Positions 59,881 to 64,000 of a stretch of 64,000 bases of DNA are shown here, piece after piece. The number at the start of each line of letters is the position of its first letter. Positions within the stretch are counted from its first letter, which is position 1. The position numbers and the translations under genes are program-made. This stretch comes from Lytechinus pictus. Lineage: Eukaryota. The notes below the pieces were generated by a model. That model searched no databases. It was not told the origin of the DNA and saw only the letters and a program-made list of their open reading frames with translations. The stretch spans positions 9,612,001 through 9,676,000 of the forward strand of contig NC_087249.1 of the NCBI RefSeq assembly GCF_037042905.1, written 5' to 3'.

Positions 59881-62800
59881 TAATTTATAATAGGTCTCAA
59901 ATGTCATTTTAATCCTTTAGTTCCTGTTTCATGTCTTTTTATTTTATATATTTATTATATTTTTGTATGTGAATTTTATATATAACATTATTGTAAACAT
60001 CATATTAACGAAGAAAGTCCCTCAATATGAGGATTAAAGAGAAGAAATGCATGTGTTTACCATTCTTTTAATTAATAACCTATAATATAACATTGTTCAA
60101 TAATTTTGGTCTTCTGATGCGATCGAAAATAATTACTTCGTCACCCTGTTATATCAGCCTTGAAGTGGTATTTGCTTTATGACGACTCCTAGCCAATAGA
60201 CCTGATAGACTTTGGCTATTTGATTTGCCCCAAGTGATCAATAGGGCCAAACTTATGAGTTTTATCAACAATAAAATGAAACGTATGGTCGAGGTCTCTT
60301 TCTTTTAGTTTTTAATTCTCGGATGGGTATATGAGTTTTGCGAGCAAATTATGTTTAAAGGCCCCATCATTATACAACAGGAATCGAGCAGAATAAGCTG
60401 GGGGAAAAAATAATAATAAAAGAAAAATCGGGAAAATAAGGGGGGGGGGTGAATTCACCTAACTGGAGTTCAACTAAATTCAGAGCCTACTCGCTGTTTG
60501 CTCAGGGATCGACTCACAATGCACGAGGCAAGGCAACATCTTGTCCGAAGTGCGAAATCTCAGTAGAGTTTGTTCACCTTTGCATCAGATTCGCTGATTA
60601 TATTGTCATGTTACTGTCAATCCTATTGGAAACATTATAATGATTAAGTTATAACCATATATATATAATCTTTGTCACAACCAGGGGTCCATTACACAAA
60701 GCTTAGCAATCATCGCAGAACATTTTCTATACGATTGATTGCATTGACTACAATGTACAATCAATCGTAAAAATCAAGCGTACAATCAATTGCTGACCTT
60801 AGTGAAACACCCCCATGTCACATTTTCAGTCTGTGGTCAATCATTAATCCTCCTTGCCTTGTGCTTTCAATTTTGTATCAATACGTAGATAAGGAAAAGG
60901 TGAAACGAGAAAAACGAAATAACCTCGAAAGTAAACCTTGTTCTTGTTTTCTAAAAGTCTTGAAGGGGCACTTGTAAAACGAACTTGCTATACCGTGGAA
61001 AATAAAGAATACCCTATAGTAGTGAATTAGGCCTACATCGAGAATGTAAGAACACCACAAAGCAGTAGAGCTATGAAAGTTTGAAGTTTCATTCACTTTT
61101 GGGGTAGTCCTGCATGAGCTAAACTGCTTAATAAAATACTGGCCTTATGAGCAATAGCTCCCACTTATATAGGCTAGAATTTGTCGTATTATATTTTTGG
61201 TTAATCATGCATATTCAGTGATTGGTAAACACAACATTGACATTTAAATGTAGAAATTAAAAAAAAAAATTTGGTAATACCGAGATGTGGTATATTGCAT
61301 CATATTGCTCTGTCTTCTTGCGAGCTGCTTTGGTGGAAATTAAGAGAATCGCCTGATGAATAAAAATGTTCGTTGATTTATCATCATATATAGCAGCTTT
61401 GATGGGCACGCCGTATTTTGAAGTCGGGTTTAATTTAAACTCTGGTCTATGGATATAGCCAAAAGTGGCATTAATCCCTTACAATAGTCTTCACCAACAA
61501 AGATTTAGGGAAGAGCGGATATTGAATACGTTTTGGCGAAGAAAAATGGTAAATTATCTGTACATTTTAAAAAGTGGAGATTTGATATCTAATTTGTTTC
61601 ATGTATCTGTCTTGAGTATATACCTACATGTACGTAAGTGCTTCTCTGTTTAATCATGCATGTAAATAGCTTGTTGATTTGTTTGATTTGTACTGTGATT
61701 TATTTTTTGATCAATAAAGATTGAAAGAAACAAAAATTAGGGAAGAGCATGATAGAGTAAACATAGGAAACATACAATGTAATTTAAAAAATGACATTTT
61801 TTGTTTCACAAGAGTCGTGATTTAGCGCAGAGATAGATCCAAGATAAACCTGACTTCAGAATAAGGGTCATAGAGTAAAACTAACATTAACATATTTCGG
61901 TATTGTGCGCAAAATGGAATTAGGCCTATATATAAGTATATTGCACTGTGATATGATTTTGGTAAAAATACGTTGAACTTGTCTTGTATATTGTAACCTT
62001 AAGTACGTTTTTTTTGGGTTAGATAGTAAAGAGTTTAACGAACTTTATTTAACATAGGACATAATATACAAGATCACATTACTCATGTGCGTGACTTAAG
62101 CAGACAGAGGCACACTGCATACCTGTATTTTTTTTAGAGTAAAATAACTACTAATTTTTTTTACTTTTTAACACCAATTTTGCTTGTCAGTCGCTTTTCA
62201 GGAGGAATACATCGACCCATTCTACCTCCGAGCAGTCCCAATGAACAAACTCACTAGGGTTTATCTGAGGAGTGAAATACTCTTTCTTCTTTTCTTTAGG
62301 TCAATGTTGATATCGTCAATATGGTAACGAAGGGTTAAATATTAAATTTTGTCAACTATAACAACGTCAACGAAGATTGTAAGAAAGCACTTCTGAAGTC
62401 CAAGTGTGATTTGATTTTATAGGAGTATGACTCGGCATATATATGAAATATAACGCTATTACATTATATAACGCTTCTTGTTTCACTGACCAGCAAACGT
62501 TGACTTGCGAATTTTTAAGTTGGCCGGGTAAAACATGTCTTTATCATTTATACTATTTCCATTTGCAATTCTTGCTACAAACCTTTCCAGATGAGCTGTG
62601 CTCGGGACGAGGGGTGGGGGCGGTTGCCTTGCCAAAGGACGCTATCAATTCTGTGGTGGAATTCGAACATACGACTCTCTGGTTACAAGGCGAGACTCTC
62701 AGAACTAAAGTACCAACCCAGACCACTGGCGTACAGATAGAGGTCAACGACCCCCCCCCAAAAAAAAAAAAAGGAGAAAAAGAAATGAAAATAGAGAAAT

Positions 62801-63241
62801 TATTAAGTATTCCTTTTCACTGAATATTATGTCAAAATCTGTCCAAGAATGAGACTTTTTAAATTAAAACGTCAACAGTTTTGCTCGCTCGCATCTTTAT
62901 TTTTAGTTCATACGCCACTGCGGCCGACACCAACCACGACACTTCTTCCTGAGATATGAACAAACTATACTTATAAAATAAGGCAAATTATGCCTCTCAA
63001 ATTGTGTCAACAGGCGTTGCTTTTTTATGCAGGTTCCCTCGTATTTCATGCATTATTTAAAGTCATCTTTGGTTTCAAATCACTGTATTATTTAATTTAG
63101 ATGAATGATGCCATATCTGATTTGTACACCATGCTAATTCTTCTGATGTTATATTGCTTTTGAATTATGTTGTAAAATAAAGTCAAATATCAAATTTCCT
63201 TTTATAAAAAACAGGGTCCGCGGAGCCCGGCTGGTTGAAGG

Positions 63242-63388
63242 TAGTCTGCAGGCACAGACTCTGATTGAAACTTTGATCAACAAATGGGTCTTCACATAAG
63301 ACTAGCACATGAGAGGGCATTCAGTACATAATTGTAGGCTGCGTATTCAGACCACTTTAGTCTCGTAAAGAGTTGGCACAGCTAGACT
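63242..63388. mobile_element. Degenerate copy of the TAGTCTGC element just upstream of the sulfotransferase-like exon
   Basis: TAGTCTGCAGGCACAGAC(T/C)CTGATTG...GACTAGCACAT...GTAGGCTGC...TTCAGACC shared with 27928-28101. Confidence 0.75.
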
Positions 63389-63443
63389 TTTGTCAATAAT
63401 CGTGATTTTTGCGTTCCACTCCCCCTTTTAAAAATGTGTTAAA

Positions 63444-63517
63444 TCATCAATCATCATCATCATCTTCATCATCATCATCATTATCATCATCATCACCACC
63501 ACCATCATCATCATTAT
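63444..63517. repeat. (CAT)n microsatellite
   Basis: Direct reading. Confidence 0.93.
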
Positions 63518-63571
63518 TCAGTTTGCTTAATATCTAATCTATTTCGATTACATAGATAGCCTACTACCACC

Positions 63572-63879
63572 ATGACCACCAATGGAGCACTCGGGACGAA
63601 CGGGGACACCAACCACAAAAAACCCCGTGTCCTCATGTGGTGCGTGCCTCGGTCTGTGTCGACGGCGATGACGAAATGCATGAGCTTCGTCGAGGGCGCC
63701 GAGATCTGGTTGGAACCGTACGTCATCAGCAAGGCAGCCGAAGACACCCACAACATATACCATCCCGAGAGCGACTTCCCCTTGGAGCTGGACGGAAATG
63801 TCGATGTGTTCAGAGAGGCTGCGATAAAGCTGACGATCGGAGGGGACGATTTCGACGAAGAGCACCTCGAATTGTTATC
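63572..63879 (+). CDS. First coding exon of a P-loop sulfotransferase-like protein (family also found as the N-terminal domain of branched-chain aminotransferase-like proteins)
   Basis: ACCACC-ATG context; RVLMWCVPRSVSTAMTKCMS...IWLEPY fits the 5'-PSB-like 'W..PRS.ST' loop followed by EP; ends at TC|GTAAGA donor, so the TAA in the ORF track is intronic. Confidence 0.8.
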
Positions 63880-64000
63880 GTAAGAAACATGAAAACAAAG
63901 TGTATGATGGGGTGTCCAAACTTCGCGCACTTTTCAAAAATATTCATCAGGCTTAAATTTTTTCACAAAATATTCATAATTTATACAAAACCAATTCAAG

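Overview
AT-rich eukaryotic (animal) genomic DNA. The repeat landscape suggests a marine invertebrate deuterostome, probably a sea urchin; this is inference and I cannot confirm it. Most of the window (47747 down to at least 5354, minus strand) is a multi-exon FERM-domain gene most similar to EPB41L4A (band 4.1-like 4A). I could read 13 coding exons (1532 nt, about 510 aa) with GT-AG junctions in consistent phase; the stop codon was not found. A divergent plus-strand gene with a P-loop sulfotransferase-like N-terminus starts at 63572. Between them is a 5'-truncated Penelope-like retroelement (RT plus GIY-YIG endonuclease) broken by a single 1-bp frameshift, with a minimal hammerhead ribozyme motif at its 3' end, next to a Helentron-type element carrying tandem repeats. 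Introns are full of non-autonomous DNA transposons, tRNA-derived SINEs, a LINE 3' end and microsatellites. Most notable: (1) the variant hammerhead; (2) a four-level nested 5.4-kb composite transposon in the 18-kb intron; (3) a tandem array made from the 3' half of a FERM exon plus its splice donor; (4) TAG-ended elements with 9-bp target duplications; (5) candidate recursive splice sites; (6) a transposon-borne cluster of perfect DR1 nuclear-receptor sites. Most ORFs in the supplied track are spurious. All coordinates were counted by hand, and family assignments come from recalled consensus features, not database searches.
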